Positions 48,340-62,649 are shown, counted from the first letter of the stretch. The stretch: DNA of 64,000 nucleotides from Squalus acanthias (GCA_030390025.1 CM059431.1:152274001-152338000), one strand, 5' to 3'. Numbers and translations are program-made. The notes: generated from the sequence alone by a model not told the origin.

Positions 48340-49257
48340 TCCAGTTCTAGACTCTCCAGTCAGGGGAACATCTACCCCCTGTCAATCCCCTTCTCAATCT
48401 TGTGTGTTTCAATGAGATCACCTCTCATTCTTCTAAACTCCAGAGAATAAAGGCCCATTCTACACAATCTCTCATCATAGGGCAGCCCTCTCATCCCAGG
48501 ATTCAATCTAGTGAACCTTTCGTTTCACCGCCTATAAGGCAAGTATATCCTTTCTTAGATAAGGAGAACAAAACTGTGCACAGTACTCCAGGTGTGGTCT
48601 AAACAAGGCCCTGTATAATTGTAGCAAGACATCCTTATTCTAATACTCCAACCCCCTTGCAATAAAACCAGCATGCCATTTGCCTTCCTTATTGCTTGCT
48701 GTACCTGCAGGCTAGCTTTCTGTGTTTCTTGCACGAGAACAACCAAATCTCTCTGAACACCAACATTTAAAAGGTTCTCACCATTTAAAAAATATTATGC
48801 TTTTCTATTCTTCCTACATAAGTGAATACCATCACATTTCCCTACATTATCCTCCATCTGCAAATTTACTGCCCACTCACTCAGTCTATCTATATCCCTT
48901 TGCAGACTCGTTGTGTACTTCTCACAACTTTCTGTCCCGTCGAGCTTTGTATCGTCAGTAAACTTGGATACATTACACTCTTGGTCATTAACATGGATTG
49001 CAAATAGCTGAGGCTCCAGCACTGAACCTTGCGGTACCCCATTAGTTATAGCCTGCCGACCTGAAAAATTCCCGTTTTCGCTATTCTCTGTTTTCTGCGC
49101 GTTAACCAATCCTCTATCCATGCTACTATATTACGCCAAACCCATTAGAACGTATCTTGTGCAATAACCTTTTATGTGGCACCTCATCGAATGTCTTTTG
49201 GAAATCCAAATATACTACATTCACTAGTTCCCCTTTATCTACCCTGGTAGTTACATC
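48340..49257 (-). mobile_element. CR1 3' part (host element; continues at ~52752-53030)
   Basis: PQGSVLEP, FTDDTKL motifs. Confidence 0.85.
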
Positions 49258-52200
49258 AATAGTTAGGGGAGCAATCAGGCGTTTCTGCGGCCACATACGT
49301 GACTCCAGAATGGTATGTTGCCTCCCTGGTTCCAGGGTCAACGATGTCACTGAACGGCTGCAGGACATTCTGAGGGGGGAGGGTGAACAGCCAGAGGTCG
49401 TGGTCCATATCGATACCAACGACATAGGTAGGAAGAGGGAAGAGGTCCTGCAGGCAGATTTTAGGGAGCTAGGAAAAAGGTTAAAAACCAGGACCTCAGA
49501 GTCAGTAATCTCCGGATTCCTACCAGTGCCACGTGCTGGTGAGAACAGAAATAGGAAGATAGCGCAGATGAATGCCTGGCTGGAGAGTTGTTGTAGGACG
49601 GAGCGCTTTGGATTCCTGCGGAATTGGAACCGTTTCTGGGGAAGTTGAGACCCCGACATGCCAGACGGGTTGCACCTCAACGGGAACGGGACCAATATCC
49701 TCACGAGACGTTATGCTAGTGCTGATGAGAGTGTTTAAACTAGCTTGGCAGGGTGATGGGTGTCTAAGTATAGATTCAATAAGGAGGGAAGAAAAACTGG
49801 AATTGGAAAACAAAAACATAGAAAGTAAATTGGAAGGGCAGAGGAATCAAGGGTTAGACAGTAGTCAACAAGGAGGTTTGCCTCTACTAAATGGTATATA
49901 TTTAAATGCAAGGAGTATCGCGAAAAACGAAGATGAGCTGAGGGTACAGGTAGATACTTGGGACTATGATATTATAGCTATTACTGAGAAGTGGCTAAAA
50001 TAGGTGCAGGTATGGCAGCTCAACATTCTTGGTTACATGATTTTCAGACTGGAGAGAGAGCGAGGCGAAAAGGGAGGGGGGTTCGTGATTGATTAAAGAA
50101 ACTGTTACAGCTGTGAGGAGGGAAATTATGTTGGAGGGATCATCAAACGAGGCCATATGGGTCGAATTGAAAAACAAAAAATGGGCGAACACACTGCTGG
50201 GAGTGTACTGTAGACCCCAAAAAAGTGAGAGGGAAATAGAAGAACAAATATGTGGACAAATGTCTGAGAAGTGCAAAATTATAGGGCAGTACTAGTAGGG
50301 ATTTCAATTACCACAATATTAACTGGGATAAAATTAGTGTGAGGGGTATAGAGGAATTCCTAAAATGCATCCAGGAGAACTTTTTAGTCAATATGTAGCA
50401 AGCCCAACAATGGTGGGATCGGTTCTGGAATTAGTTTTAGGGAATAAAGAAGGCGTATCAGTGGGGGAGCATTTTGGTGCTAGTGACCATAATTCTGTTA
50501 GGTTTAAGGTACTTCTGGAAAAAAGGACAAGGATAGACCAGGAATAAAAATACTAAACAGGAGAACAGCAAATTATGCTAAACTCACAGGGGATTTAGCC
50601 ATTGTGGACTGGAAACAGCTACTTGAAGGAAAATCAGTGTCAGAGCACTGGGAGGCATTCAAGGAGGAGATCCGGGGGAGTAAGACCAAATATGTGCCGT
50701 TAAAGAAAAAAGATGGGACTAACAAAGCTTGAGCCCCCTGGATGTCTAGTGACATACTCGGTAGGATAAAGAAAAAAAGGAAGGCGTATGGCAGATACCG
50801 AGGGCTAAGTACTACATAATCTTTAGAGGAGTACAGAAAGTGCAGGGGTTCAATTAAAAAGGATACTGGGAAAGCAAAGACAGAGCATGAAAAATTCTAG
50901 GCTGGTAAAATCAAGGAAAACCCAAACATGTTGTATAAATATATTAAGAACAAGAGGATAACTAAAGAAAGGGTTGGGCTTATTGGAGATCATGAGTGTA
51001 ATCTGCATGCGGAGGCGGGAGACGTCGGTCGGGTTCTTACTGATTACTTTGCGTCTGTTTTCCCAAAGGAGAGGGGCGAAGCAGACATTGGTATCAGGAG
51101 GGAGGAGTGTGAAATATTAGATGAAATAAACATAGTGAGAGAGGAGGTATTAAGGGGTTTAGCAGCTTTAAAAATGGATAAATCCCCAAGCCCGGGAGAA
51201 TGTACCCCAGGCTGTTAAGCGAAGCAAAAGAGGAAATAGCAGATGCTCTGACAATCATTTTTCAATCCTCTCTGGCTTCAGGTGTGGTGCTGGAGGACCG
51301 GAGTACAGATAAAGCGGTACCCTTGTTTAAAAAAGGAGAAAAGGATAGAACCAGTAATTACAGGCCAGTCAGCGTAACCACGGTGGTGGGAAAATTATTG
51401 TATAGAATTCTGAAGGACAGTATAAATCTTCATTTAGAAAAACACGGATTAATCAAGGATAGTCAGCACGGATTTGTTAAGGGAAGGGCGTGTCTGACAA
51501 GCTTGATTGAATTTTTTGAGGAGAAAACAAGGAGGGTAGATGAGGGTAGTGCCTTTATATTGAATTTAGCAAGGCTTTTGATAAGTTTCCACATGGCAGA
51601 CAGGTAACCAAGTTAAAAACCCATGGGATCCAGGGCAAAGTGTTAAGTTGGATTCAAAATTGGCTCGGAGACATGAAGCAGAGGGTAATGATTGATGGGT
51701 GTTTTTGTGACTGGAAGGCTGTTTCTAGTGGGGTTCCACAGGGCTCAGTACTAGGTTCCTTGCTTTTTGTGGTGTATGTCAATGATCTACACTTGAATAT
51801 AAGGGGTATGATTAAGAAGTTTGCAGATGATACTAAAATCGCCTGTGTTGTTGCTACTGAAGAAGAAAGCTGTAGACTGCAGGAGGATATCAATATGTTG
51901 GTCAGGTGGCCAGGTCACTGGCAAATGGAATTCAATCCGGAGAAGTGTGAGGTTATCCATTTGGGGAGGGCTAACAAGGAAAGGGATTACACATTGAATG
52001 GTAGGACACTGAGTAGTGTAGAGGAACAAAGGGATCTTGGAGTGCAGGTCCACAGATCCCTGAAGTTAGCAGACCAGGTAGATAATATGTTTAAGAAGGC
52101 AAATGCAATGCTTCCCATTATTAGCCGTGGCACAGAATACAAGAGCAGGGGGGTTATGCTTCAAATGTATAAAACGCCAGTTCGGCCTCAGCGAGAGTAC

Positions 52201-52750
52201 TGCGTGCAGTTCTAGTCATCACATTACAGGAAAGATGTGATTGCACGAAAGAGGTTATAGTGAAAATTTACAAAGATGTTGCCAGGAGTAGAGAATCTTA
52301 GCTATGACGAAAGAACAGATAGGCTGTGTCTGTTTTCCTTGGAACAGAGGAGGCTGAGGTGAAATCTTATTGATGTGTCCGAAATTATGAGGGGCATAGA
52401 TAAAGTGAATAGAAAGGACCTATTTCCCTTAGCAGAGCGATCAAAAACCAGGGGGCACAGATTTACAGTAATTGGCGGATGGTTTAGAGGGGATTTGAGG
52501 GGAAATTTCTTCAGCCAGAGGATTGTGGGGGTCTTGAACTCACAGCATGAAAGGGTGGTAGAGGCAGGAAACCTAACCACATTTAAAAAAGTACTTGGAT
52601 GTGTCCTTGGGATGCTCTAAACTGCAGGGCTACGGATCAAGAGCTGGGAAGTGAGATTAGGCTAGATAGCTCTTTGTTGGCCGGCATGGACACGATGGGA
52701 CGAAATGGCCTCCTTCCGTGCTGTAACTTGCTATGAGTCTATGAGTATAT
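49258..52750 (+). mobile_element. Long nested CR1 (ORF1 esterase part + ORF2), paralog of 22857-26368
   Basis: CLPGSRV..VVHIDTND; PQGSVLG; FADDTK; ctatgagt tail. Confidence 0.93.
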
Positions 52751-53030
52751 GATCCTCAAAAACGGTAATAAATTCGTCAAACACGAGTTCCCTTTCAGAA
52801 AACCATGTTGACTCTACCTAATTATGTTACGATATTCTAACTGCCCTGATAGCACTTCCTTAACAATCGATTCCAGCATATTGCCAACCACCGATGTCAG
52901 GCTAACTGACCTGTAGTTCCCTGTTTTCTCTCACCCTCCTTTCTTGAATAGCGGTTTCACATTTGCTACCTTCCAAATCTTTGAGACCGTTCTTCAATCA
53001 ACGGATTTTTGGAAGATGAAAGACAATCCA

Positions 53031-53170
53031 TCCGTCTTTCAGATGAGTCGTGAAACGGAGGCCGTGTTTGCTCTCTCACGTGGACGTAAATTACCCCATG
53101 GTACTATTTCGAAGAATTGTAGTGAAGTTATCCCCGGTGTCCTGACCAGTATTTAACCCGCAACCAACTT
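53031..53170 (+). mobile_element. DeuSINE core fragment
   Basis: Paralog of 26651-26795. Confidence 0.7.
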
Positions 53171-53333
53171 AACATAATATTTGTTGAATGTTTGTCACAA
53201 CACCTAATTTTTCAAATAAAATTCTAATATATTCGAAAAATTTGAAAGCAAGCCTGATTCTTCTGAAAGGGTATTTTCTAAAGTCACAGCTTTCAAGTGT
53301 AAATTACGTGTTGTATTCATTGGCAAAAGGCAA

Positions 53334-53406
53334 CGCCTTAACAGGGACTTGAGTCCTGGCCCCTCAGTTTTAAAGACTGATGTTATACAGACTGAGCTAT
53401 CCGGTC
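53334..53406 (-). pseudogene. tRNA-Lys pseudogene
   Basis: cgccttaacagggacttgagtcctgg..gactgagctatccgg. Confidence 0.8.
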
Positions 53407-54561
53407 CCATGCACAAAGGCTAACACAGCGCAATTCACTAGCCGACAGTGAACATTACATCGTTGACATCCTTCTCTATTGAACAAGTCTGCACAGCGCG
53501 TTTCTCTACCACACCCACACTTCACAAATACCCTGACTGCCGCCGCACCACCACCACCATCTACATGCTCTATAATGTGTTGTTTTGTTGGTCTGCGTGA
53601 CTGAAAGGAAAAATTGATAATCTTGAGCTAACTGCTACTCTTAAGGTAACTGCAAAGATGTGCACAACATGTCAGTAACCGACCCATTAGAAAATCTTTC
53701 CAAAAGCATGCACTGGGAACTGGGAGAGCAAGACTGAACACGAACAAGGCGGGGCTTGGAGGTGGGGGAGGATGCAAGCAAAGCTTGAAACGCAGCCCTG
53801 TGCAATAATGAGAAAACAGCAGATGGGATCTTTGTCTTTATTGGCAGAGGCATCTTGTAGACAAGTCAAAACTTTATAAAACACTGTTTAGCCCCCAGCT
53901 GGAGTATTGCGTCCAATTCTGGGCACCACCTATTAGGAAGGATTTAGGGTATAGAGGAGATTTACTGGAATTGTAGCAGGGATGAGGGACTTCAGCTATG
54001 TGGGGAGACGAGAGAAATTGGGGTTGCGCGCCTTCGAGCAGAGAAGGTTAAATGATTAATCACAATGTTCAAAATTATGAGGCGTGTTGATAGAGAAAAT
54101 AAGGAGAAACTGTTTCCAGTGGTCGATAGGTCGGTAACCAGAGGACACATACGTAAAGTGATTGGCAAAAGACCCAGCAGCGAGATGAGGAGAACTTGTT
54201 GTACACAGTGAGTTGTTAAGATCTGGAAGCACGTCATTCTCTTTTGAGTGTTATCATTGAATCTGCTCCCACCACAATTTCAAGCAGTGCATTCCAGATC
54301 ACAATAACTCATTTTGTAAAAAAAACTGACAATCATCTTCAATCTGTGCCCACTATGATTCTATGATACTCGTGTTTCGTGGGGTTGCATGAAAATAAGA
54401 ATTGATCATCTCGAAAATGCCGATCAATGTACCTTAAAGCACCGGTATTGGAAAATAAGCTCTATTTAAATAATCAGTATGTGTTAATGGGATCCACGTG
54501 AATTACTTGTTTTTAAGGGGTTGCATGAAAGATGAAATTAAGAATTTTGATGTAAAAGCTT

Positions 54562-54635
54562 CGCCAAAACATGAACTTCAAACCTGGATTCTAACATTAA
54601 AGGTCTGATGTTATACCGCCTGAGCGATCTGGGGT
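54562..54635 (-). pseudogene. tRNA-Lys-derived relic
   Basis: cgccaaaac..acttcaaacctgga..ttaaaggtctgatg..taccgcctgagc. Confidence 0.65.
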
Positions 54636-54820
54636 CTCACACTTATTATAACACAGCGACCTTCACTCGCAGGCATTGAGCATTACTTCCTTCTCATCCT
54701 GCATTTCCTGGTGCAGTATTCCCTTCTGTCCCGGGATTTTTTCATCTACACTCTCACTGCCTCCCAGAGGCTTCACTGTATAAATCCTCTCACCCACACT
54801 TCCCCAGCATCTACATGCAT

Positions 54821-57283
54821 TGAAGCATAGAAGCATAGAAGATAGCTGCAGGAGAAGGCCATTCGGCCCCTTGAGCCTGCTCCACCATTTAATGAGATCA
54901 TGGCTGATCATCCAAATTCAGTACCCTGTCTCTGGTTTCTCCCCATTTCCCGTGATCCCTTTAGCCATAAGAAATATATCTATCTCCTTCTTGAATATAT
55001 TTAATGAATTGGCTCAACTGCCTTCTGTGGTAGAGAATTCCACAGGTTCACCACTCTCTGGGTGATGATATTCCTCCTCATCTCATTCCTAAATGGCTTA
55101 CCCCTTATACTTAAACTGCGACCACTGGTTCCGGACTCCACCGCCATCGGGAACATCCTTCCTGCATCTAGTCTGTCTAGTGCTGTTAGAATTGTGTAAG
55201 TTTCAATAAGATCCCCTCTCATTCTTCAAAAGTCTAGCTAATAAAAGCCTAATCGATCCAATCGCTCTTCATACATCATTCCTGCCATCCCAGGTATCAG
55301 TCTGGTAAATCTTCGCTGCACTCCATCCATGGCAAGAACATCCTACCTTAGAAAGGGCGACCAAAACTGCACACAATACTCAAGGTGTGGTCTCACCAAG
55401 GCCTTGTACAACTGCAGCACGAAATCTTTGCTCCTGTACTCGAATCCTCTCGCTATGAAGGCCAACATACAATTTGCCTTCTTAACCGCCTGCTGCACCT
55501 GCATGATGACCTTCAGCGACTGGTGCACAAGGGCTCCCAGATCTCGTGGCACTTCCCCTTTTCCCAATCTATTGCCGTTCAGATAATAATCAGTCTTCCT
55601 GTTTTTGCCACCAAAGTGGATAACCTCGCATTTATCCCCATTGTACTGTATCTGCCATGCATCTGCACAATCACCCAACCTATCGAAATCATACTAGAGT
55701 TTCTCTGCATCCTCCTCACAGCACACACGCCCACCCAGCTTTGTGTCGTCTGCAAACTTAGAGATATTACATCTGGTTCCCTTGTCTAGATCATTAATAT
55801 ATATTGCGAGTAGCTGGGGTCCGAGCACCGATCCCTGCGGTACCCATATAGTCACTGCCTGCCACTCGGAAATAGACCCGTTTATTCCAAATCTTTGCTG
55901 CCTGTCTGCCAACCAGTTCTCTATCCAAATCAGTTCCTTACCCCCAATCCCATTTGCTTTAAATTTGCACGCTAATCTCTTATGCGGGACCATATCGAAA
56001 GCCTTCTGAATGTCCAAATGCACCACATCCACTGGTTCTCCCTGATCTATTCTACCAGCTACATCCTCAAAAAAATTCAGTAGATTAGTCAGGCATGATT
56101 TACCTTTTGTAAATCCATGTTGACTTTGTCCGATCCTGACACTGTTTTCAAAGTGCTCTGCTATTACATCTTTTATAACGGGCTCGAGCATTTTGCCCAC
56201 TACCGATGTCAGGCTTACCGATTTATTATTCCCTTTCTTTTCTCTTCCAATTTTTTTTAAATAGTAGGTTTACATTAGCTACCCTCCAATCCATGGGAAC
56301 TGTTCCACAGTCTATCGAATTTTGAAAGATGACCGGCAATGCATCTACTATATGTAGGCCACTTCCTTAAGTACCCAAAAATGCAGCTTATCAGGCCCTG
56401 GGGATTTATCGGTCTTCAATCCCGTCAATTTCCATAACACCATTTCCCTTCAAATACTGATTTCATTCAATTCCTTCCTCTCATTTGACCCTATGTTCCC
56501 CGACATCTCTGGGAGTTTATCTATGTCCTCCTTTGTGAAGACAGAACCAAAGTATGTATTTAATTGGTCAGCAATTTCTTGATTCACCATTATAAATTCA
56601 ACTGATTCTGACTGCAACGAACCTACGCTTGACTTCATCAATCTTTTTCTCTTCACAAACCTATAGAAGCTTTTACAGTAAGTTGTTCTGTTCCCTGAAA
56701 GCTTACTCTCATATTCTGCTTTCCCCCTCTTAATTAATCCCTTTTTTCCTCCTTTGCTGAATCCTAAACTGTTCCCAATCCTCAGGTTTCCTGCTTTTTC
56801 TGGCCAATTTATATGTCCTCTCGTTGGATCTTATGCTGTCCCTTATTTCCCTTGTTAGCCACGATTGCGTCACCTTTTTTGTTTAATTTTTATGACAAAC
56901 AGGGATGAACAAATTCTGTAGATCATCCATGTGATCTTTAAATGTTTGCAATTGCCTATCCAACGTCAACCATTTACGTAACGTTCCCCAATCCATCGTA
57001 GCCAACTCGCGACTCATACCATCGTAGCTACCTTTATTTAAATTCAGGACCCTAGTCTCTGAGTCAACTACTTCACTCTCCATCTTAATGAAGAATTCTA
57101 TCATATTATGATCGATCCTCCCCAAGGGGCTTCGCACAACAAGATTGCTAATTGATCATTTCTCATTACATAATACCCAGTCTAAGATGGCCTGATCTCT
57201 CGTTGGTTCCTCGACATATTGGTCCAGGAAACCATCCCGTATACACTCTAGGAATTCCTCCTTCACAGTATTATTACTAATTT
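54821..57283 (-). mobile_element. CR1 LINE specific to cassette C
   Basis: EN-RT ORF pieces (PQGSVLGP, FADDTK); (agcataga) tail at ~54824; empty site at ~28985. Confidence 0.92.
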
Positions 57284-57782
57284 GCGCTTTAATTTTTTGG
57301 GTTTTATGGGGTTGCGTGGGTGAAAGTAAAAGTTGATAATCTTGAGCTAACTGAAACTTTAGAGCCAGTGCAAAGATGTGCAATGTATGTAAGTATCAGA
57401 CACATTCGGAGACCCTTCCAAATGGGTGCACTGTGAAGTGGGTGACCAAGACTAAATAGCAAAGCTACAAAAGCAACCCTGTGCGAAAATGGGAAAAGAG
57501 CATAAAAGCATAATAATTAGGAGCAGGAGTAGGCCATACGGTCCCTCGAGCCTACTCCACCATTTTATAAAATCATAGCTGATCTTCGACCTAAACTCCA
57601 TTTTCACGCCAGATTCTGATATCCCTTGATTTGCCACAAAAAAGCAGGTTTTTTTTTCAAATATGATATATATTCTCATATTTTATAATGACATTTTAAG
57701 TTTTTGCAGGCGTACTTGATATTTTGATAGGGTATTTTCCAATGGCACGGCTTCAAGAGTAAATTAGGTTTCGGATTCATTG

Positions 57783-57854
57783 GATAAAAGGGACCTGAGC
57801 CCTGGAACATCAGATTAAATGTCTCATGTTCCACCGATTCAGCTATCTACGAGC
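57783..57854 (-). pseudogene. tRNA-Lys-derived relic
   Basis: Paralog of 29490-29560. Confidence 0.6.
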
Positions 57855-58562
57855 AAACGCTTGTCGTTGACAAGTGACCTACCCTGACTGATATTGAAAA
57901 TTACACTGTTCACATTCTGCTTTTCCTTCTGTCGTCACCCGATCTTTGCAGCGCATTTCACTCACACACCCACTCTCTCTGCCTCCAACAGGCATCACTT
58001 CACAAAGACTCTCCTCCGCACACGCACGCCACCATCTGCACGAACTTTAATGTTTTGCATTTAACGGCGCTGAGTGAGTGAACGTAAAATTTGTTAATCT
58101 TGAGCTAACTGCAACTTTAAGGTAAGTGCGAAAATGTGCTTAACCTGTCAGTAGCAGACTCATTAGCAAATCCGTCCAAATGCATGCACTGGGAACTGGC
58201 TGAGCAAGACTAAACACGGATGGGCAAATAATGCAAGCAAAGCTTCAAAAGGAACCCTGGAAATAGGAGCAGGAGTAGGCCAGGCGGCCCCTCGAGCCTG
58301 CTCCGCTATTCAATAAGATCATGGCTGATCTTTCATAGGATATACGGCACAGAAACAGGCCATTTCCTGCTGTGTCAATTAGACTCATTAATACGTTTTA
58401 AATGTTTACCACAACACCTGATTTTTCATTACAATGTATTTCCTAATATTTTCTTAATATATCTTCAACTTTTGCAAGCAAACCTGATTCCTTTGTCAGG
58501 GTATTTTGTAATGGCACTGCTTTCAAGTGTGATGTGGGTGTGGTCCTCTTTCATAAAAGCAA

Positions 58563-58629
58563 CGCCCCAACAGGAACTTGAACACCGGACTCATCAGATT
58601 AAAGGAATGATACATAATTATTGAATTTA
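58563..58629 (-). pseudogene. tRNA-Lys-derived relic interrupted by CR1
   Basis: cgccccaacaggaacttgaacaccggactcatcagattaaa. Confidence 0.65.
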
Positions 58630-59017
58630 GAAAAATAGAAACATAGAAAAATAAGATCAATGTAGACCATTCGGCCATTTGAGCCTGCTCCGCTATTCAA
58701 TATGGCCATGGCTGATCCTCTATCTCAATCCCATATTCCCACTCTCTCCCCATACCACGTGATGCCGTTTGGGTGTAGAAATCTATCTATCTCCTTCTTA
58801 AATATATTCAGTGGCTTTGACTCCACAGCCTTCTGTGGTAGAGAATTCAACAGGTTCACCACCCTCTGAGTGAAGATGTTTCTCCTCATCTCAGTCCTAA
58901 ATGTCCTACCCCGTAAACTGAGATTCTGACCACTCGTTTTAGACCCCCCAGCCAGTGGAAACATCCTCACTGCATCCAGTCTGTCCAGCTCTGTCAGAAT
59001 GTTATTTATTTCAATGA
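58630..59017 (-). mobile_element. Short CR1 3' insertion specific to cassette C
   Basis: Direct repeat GAATTTA at 58623-58629 / 59018-59024; empty site at ~30286-30292. Confidence 0.88.
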
Positions 59018-59279
59018 GAATTTATTCAACATTAAACCACTTTACAACATTCTGTGCATTCCCTTGTACCATACAATAACTCATTTACTAGATTTTAGCT
59101 CTAGAAATTAAAGTAATCTTAAGATACATTAACGACATTAACGACTTTGTTACTATTAAGTTTTACTGCACAGTCTTGCCTTTACCTTTTATTAGCTACA
59201 GCAATTAACTTTCAATATGGCGCCCATCACATATCTTAATCTATTGAACTTCAAAAAATGTTCAAGAGATGTCATTCTA

Positions 59280-61436
59280 AATTAAGGAACAACAAGGGGC
59301 AGAAAACACTTGTCGGAGTAGTATATAGGCCCCCTAACAGTAGCTACACCGTTTAACAGAATATTAATCACGAAATAGTAGGAGCTTGCAACAAAAGAAA
59401 TGCAATAATCATATGGGACATTAATCATCATATAGACCGGACAAAACAAATTGGCTATGATAGTCTGGATGACGAGTTCATGGAATGCATTCGGGATAGT
59501 TTCCTAGAACAGTACATCATGAAGGCAGCTTGTCAACAGGCTATTTAAATCTTGTATTGTGTAATGAGACAGGGTTAATTAGCAATCTCATAGTAAAGGA
59601 CCCTCTAGGGCAGAGTGAACAAAATATGATAGAAACTCACGTTAATTTTGCGATTTAATTACCTAAGTTCGAAACTAGAGTCTTAAACTGAAATAAAGCC
59701 AATTAGATAGGTATGAGGGGCGAGTTGGCAAAGGTAGATTGCAAAAATTGATTAAAATGTAGAGATAAACAGTGGTTAGCATTTAAATAAATATTTCATA
59801 ATTCTCAACAAAAATACATTCAATTAAGTATGAAGAACTCCACGGGAAATATGATCCCTCTGTGGCGATCAAAAGTAGTTAAGGATAACATTAGATTGAA
59901 ACAAGTAGCTTATAATGTTGTGAAGAATAGTAGTAAGCCTGATGATTGGGAGAGATTCAGAAACCAGTAAAGTATTTCTAAAAAATTGATAAAAAGGGAA
60001 AAAATAAAGTGAAAGAAAACTAGCAAGAAATATAAAAAAGATTGTAAGAGCTTCTACAAGTATGTAAAGAGAAAGAGAGTAGCAAAAGTAAACGTTGGTC
60101 CCTTAGAGTCTGAGACAGGATAATTTATTATGGGGAATTATGAAATGGCAGAAACGTTAATCAAATATTTTGTTACTGTCTCCATAATATAAGATAAAAA
60201 AGCATACCAAAAATGACGGGGAACCAAGGGTCTAATGAGTGTGAGGAACTTAACATAATTACTATAAGTAGAGAAAAAGTACTAGAGCAATGAATGGGAC
60301 TAAAAGCCGACATGCCCGCCGGACCTGATGGCCTACATGCTAGGGTTCTAAAAGAGGTGGCTGCAAAGATAGTGAATGCATCGGCTTTCATCTTCCAAAA
60401 TTCCCCAGATTCTAGAATGGTCCCAGCAGATTGGAATGTCGCAGATTTAACACTGCTAGTCAAAAAAGGAGGGAGAGTGTAAACAGGGACCTACAGGCCA
60501 GTTCGCCGGACATCGGTCGTCGGGAAAATACTGGAATCCATTCTTAAGAAAGTAGTATCAGGAAACTTAGAAAATCATAAGATGATTAGGCAGAGTCACC
60601 GTGGTTTTATGAAAGGGAAATTGTGTTTAACAAACTTATTCGAGTTTTTGAGAGTGTAACTAGCAGGGTAGGTAAAGGGGAACCATTGTATGTAATATAT
60701 TTGGATTTCCAAAGGCATTCGATAAGTTGCCACAAAAAAGGTTATTACACAAGATACGGGCTCATGGGGTGTTTGGTAATATAAGAGAATTGATAGAGGA
60801 TTGGTTAACGGTCAGAAAACAGAGAGTAGGCTTAAACGGTTCTTTATTAGGTTGGCAGGCTGTAACTAGTGGGGTGCCAGAAGGATCAGTGTTGGGGCCT
60901 CAGCTATTTACAACTAAGTTAATGACCTAGATGAAGGGACCGAGTGTAATGTAGCCAAGTTTGCTGACGGTACAAAGCTAGGTGGGACAGTAAGCTGTGA
61001 GGAGAACACAAAGAGTCTGCAAAGGGATATAGACAGTTTAAGTGAGTGGGCAGTAATTTGTCAGATGGAGGATAATGTAGGGAAATGTGATGTTATACTC
61101 TTTCGTCGGAAGAATAGAAAAACAGAATATTTTTAAAACGCTGAGAAAGTTTTAAATGTTGGTGTTCAGAGAGATTTGGGTGTCCTCGTGCAAGAAACAC
61201 AGAAAGCTAGCATGCAGGTAAGGCAATAAATAAAGAAGGCAAATGGCTTGTTGGCCTTTATTGTAAGGGGTTTGGAGTATAAGAGGAAGGAAGACTTGCT
61301 ACAATTTTACATGGCCTTGGTGAGACCACACCTGGAGAACTGTGCACAGTTTTGGTCTCCTTATCTAAGGATGGATATACTTGCTTTGGAGGTGCTGCAA
61401 CAACAGTTCGCTCGATTGATTCCTGGGATGAGAGGG
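59280..61436 (+). mobile_element. Decayed CR1 ORF2, 3'-truncated
   Basis: GPDGLHARVLKE, PEGSVLGP, LVRPHLE motifs. Confidence 0.9.
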
Positions 61437-61438
61437 CT

Positions 61439-61944
61439 TTCTTTTAACAGCATAAGAATTTTGAAAAAATGAAAAAACTTTTTACTCATTTATGAATTTA
61501 TTATACTTTTAAAAAAGGGACGTTTATTTTTAGCCCCTTAAAAAAACTTTAATTTTTTTTTCAAAAAATTTAGTTTTGGTTTAATATATTTAATTTAATG
61601 CAATTTTAACTAATTTTAAATATATGATTAAAAAAATAATATTTAATGTTTTACTGTGTTTTTTAAGTGATCCCCATTCATACTTTTCCCGATCTGTGCG
61701 GACACACCTGTCATAAGTGTGAACGGGGATTCCCCTCTTTCATTGGGTCCCCAAGTCCCGCGTGATCCCAGGGGCGCTTGCGAACCGCATGCGCCCCTCG
61801 CACACCTGGGCCTCTGCGCATTTCCAACATTAGTGGCCCAGGATCGCATGTCTCGGGACCTGCGGCCCCAACAGGTCAGTGCGTAGATTTTTCCCGATCG
61901 TAGGCATCCGCCCACAGGAAGCCTCCGATCGGAAATTCAGGCCC
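61439..61944. mobile_element. One-ended Harbinger-like MITE fragment from a different family
   Basis: AT-rich core, then a CpG-rich arm ending GGAAATTCAGGCCC, resembling the GGCCC..AATT termini of the other MITE; left TIR not found. Confidence 0.55.
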
Positions 61945-62202
61945 ACATTTTAATTTGAAACATGCAGCCCCAGTAAACAGAAAACATTAAAGACCTTTGT
62001 GTTGGGAGCTGGGGGCGTGGCGGGGGGGGGGGTGGAGGGGAGAGTCTATTTGTGAAGTGAATCCCATGGGAGGCAGTGACATTGTGTTTGTGAGTGAAAT
62101 GCGCTGTACAGACGGGATGACGGCAGAAGGAAATGCAGAATGTGAACGTTGTAGTGGTCAATGACAACCGGGTTAGGTCTTTTTACAATATTAAAGATGT
62201 GA

Positions 62203-62276
62203 GCCCGGATATCTCAGACGGTAGAGCATTCAGCCTTTTAATCTTCGGGTCCAACTTTCAAGTTTCTGTTTAAGCG
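62203..62276 (+). pseudogene. tRNA-Lys(UUU) pseudogene
   Basis: gcccggatatctcagacggtagagcattcagccttttaatct..gggtcca..ttcaag. Confidence 0.8.
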
Positions 62277-62649
62277 CTGCTTATAAACGAAGATTTTTAA
62301 TTCCTACTTACATGCAGCCCCGTAAAACATGACCAATTCACCATGACCGTTCCTGCTGTCTGAACAAAACCGGTTGATGTATTTCGAAACTTTGCAAGAA
62401 AGCCTGAATCTTTCTCAGTCCTGAAAGGTTCAAAAGTCCAAGCTTCCAGAATCATTTTGAGGACTGATTACCAGATTTATAACAACCCTCTGTGTGCTAG
62501 AAAGCTTCATGAATTCGCTCCTCAATGACTTAGAACTAATTTTAAAAGCATTTCCCATTGAGAATAAGAGTCCAGATTTCTAATAAATTGTGTGCGAGCA
62601 AGTGCGTCCAAATTTCAGCCAGGGTAGATCTCTACATGGCATTATCTGA

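Noticed and set aside
62011..62040. G-quadruplex-capable G run (also C runs at 44270-44325 and 17080-17120)
   Set aside because: Simple low-complexity tracts that vary between paralogs, with no evidence of function
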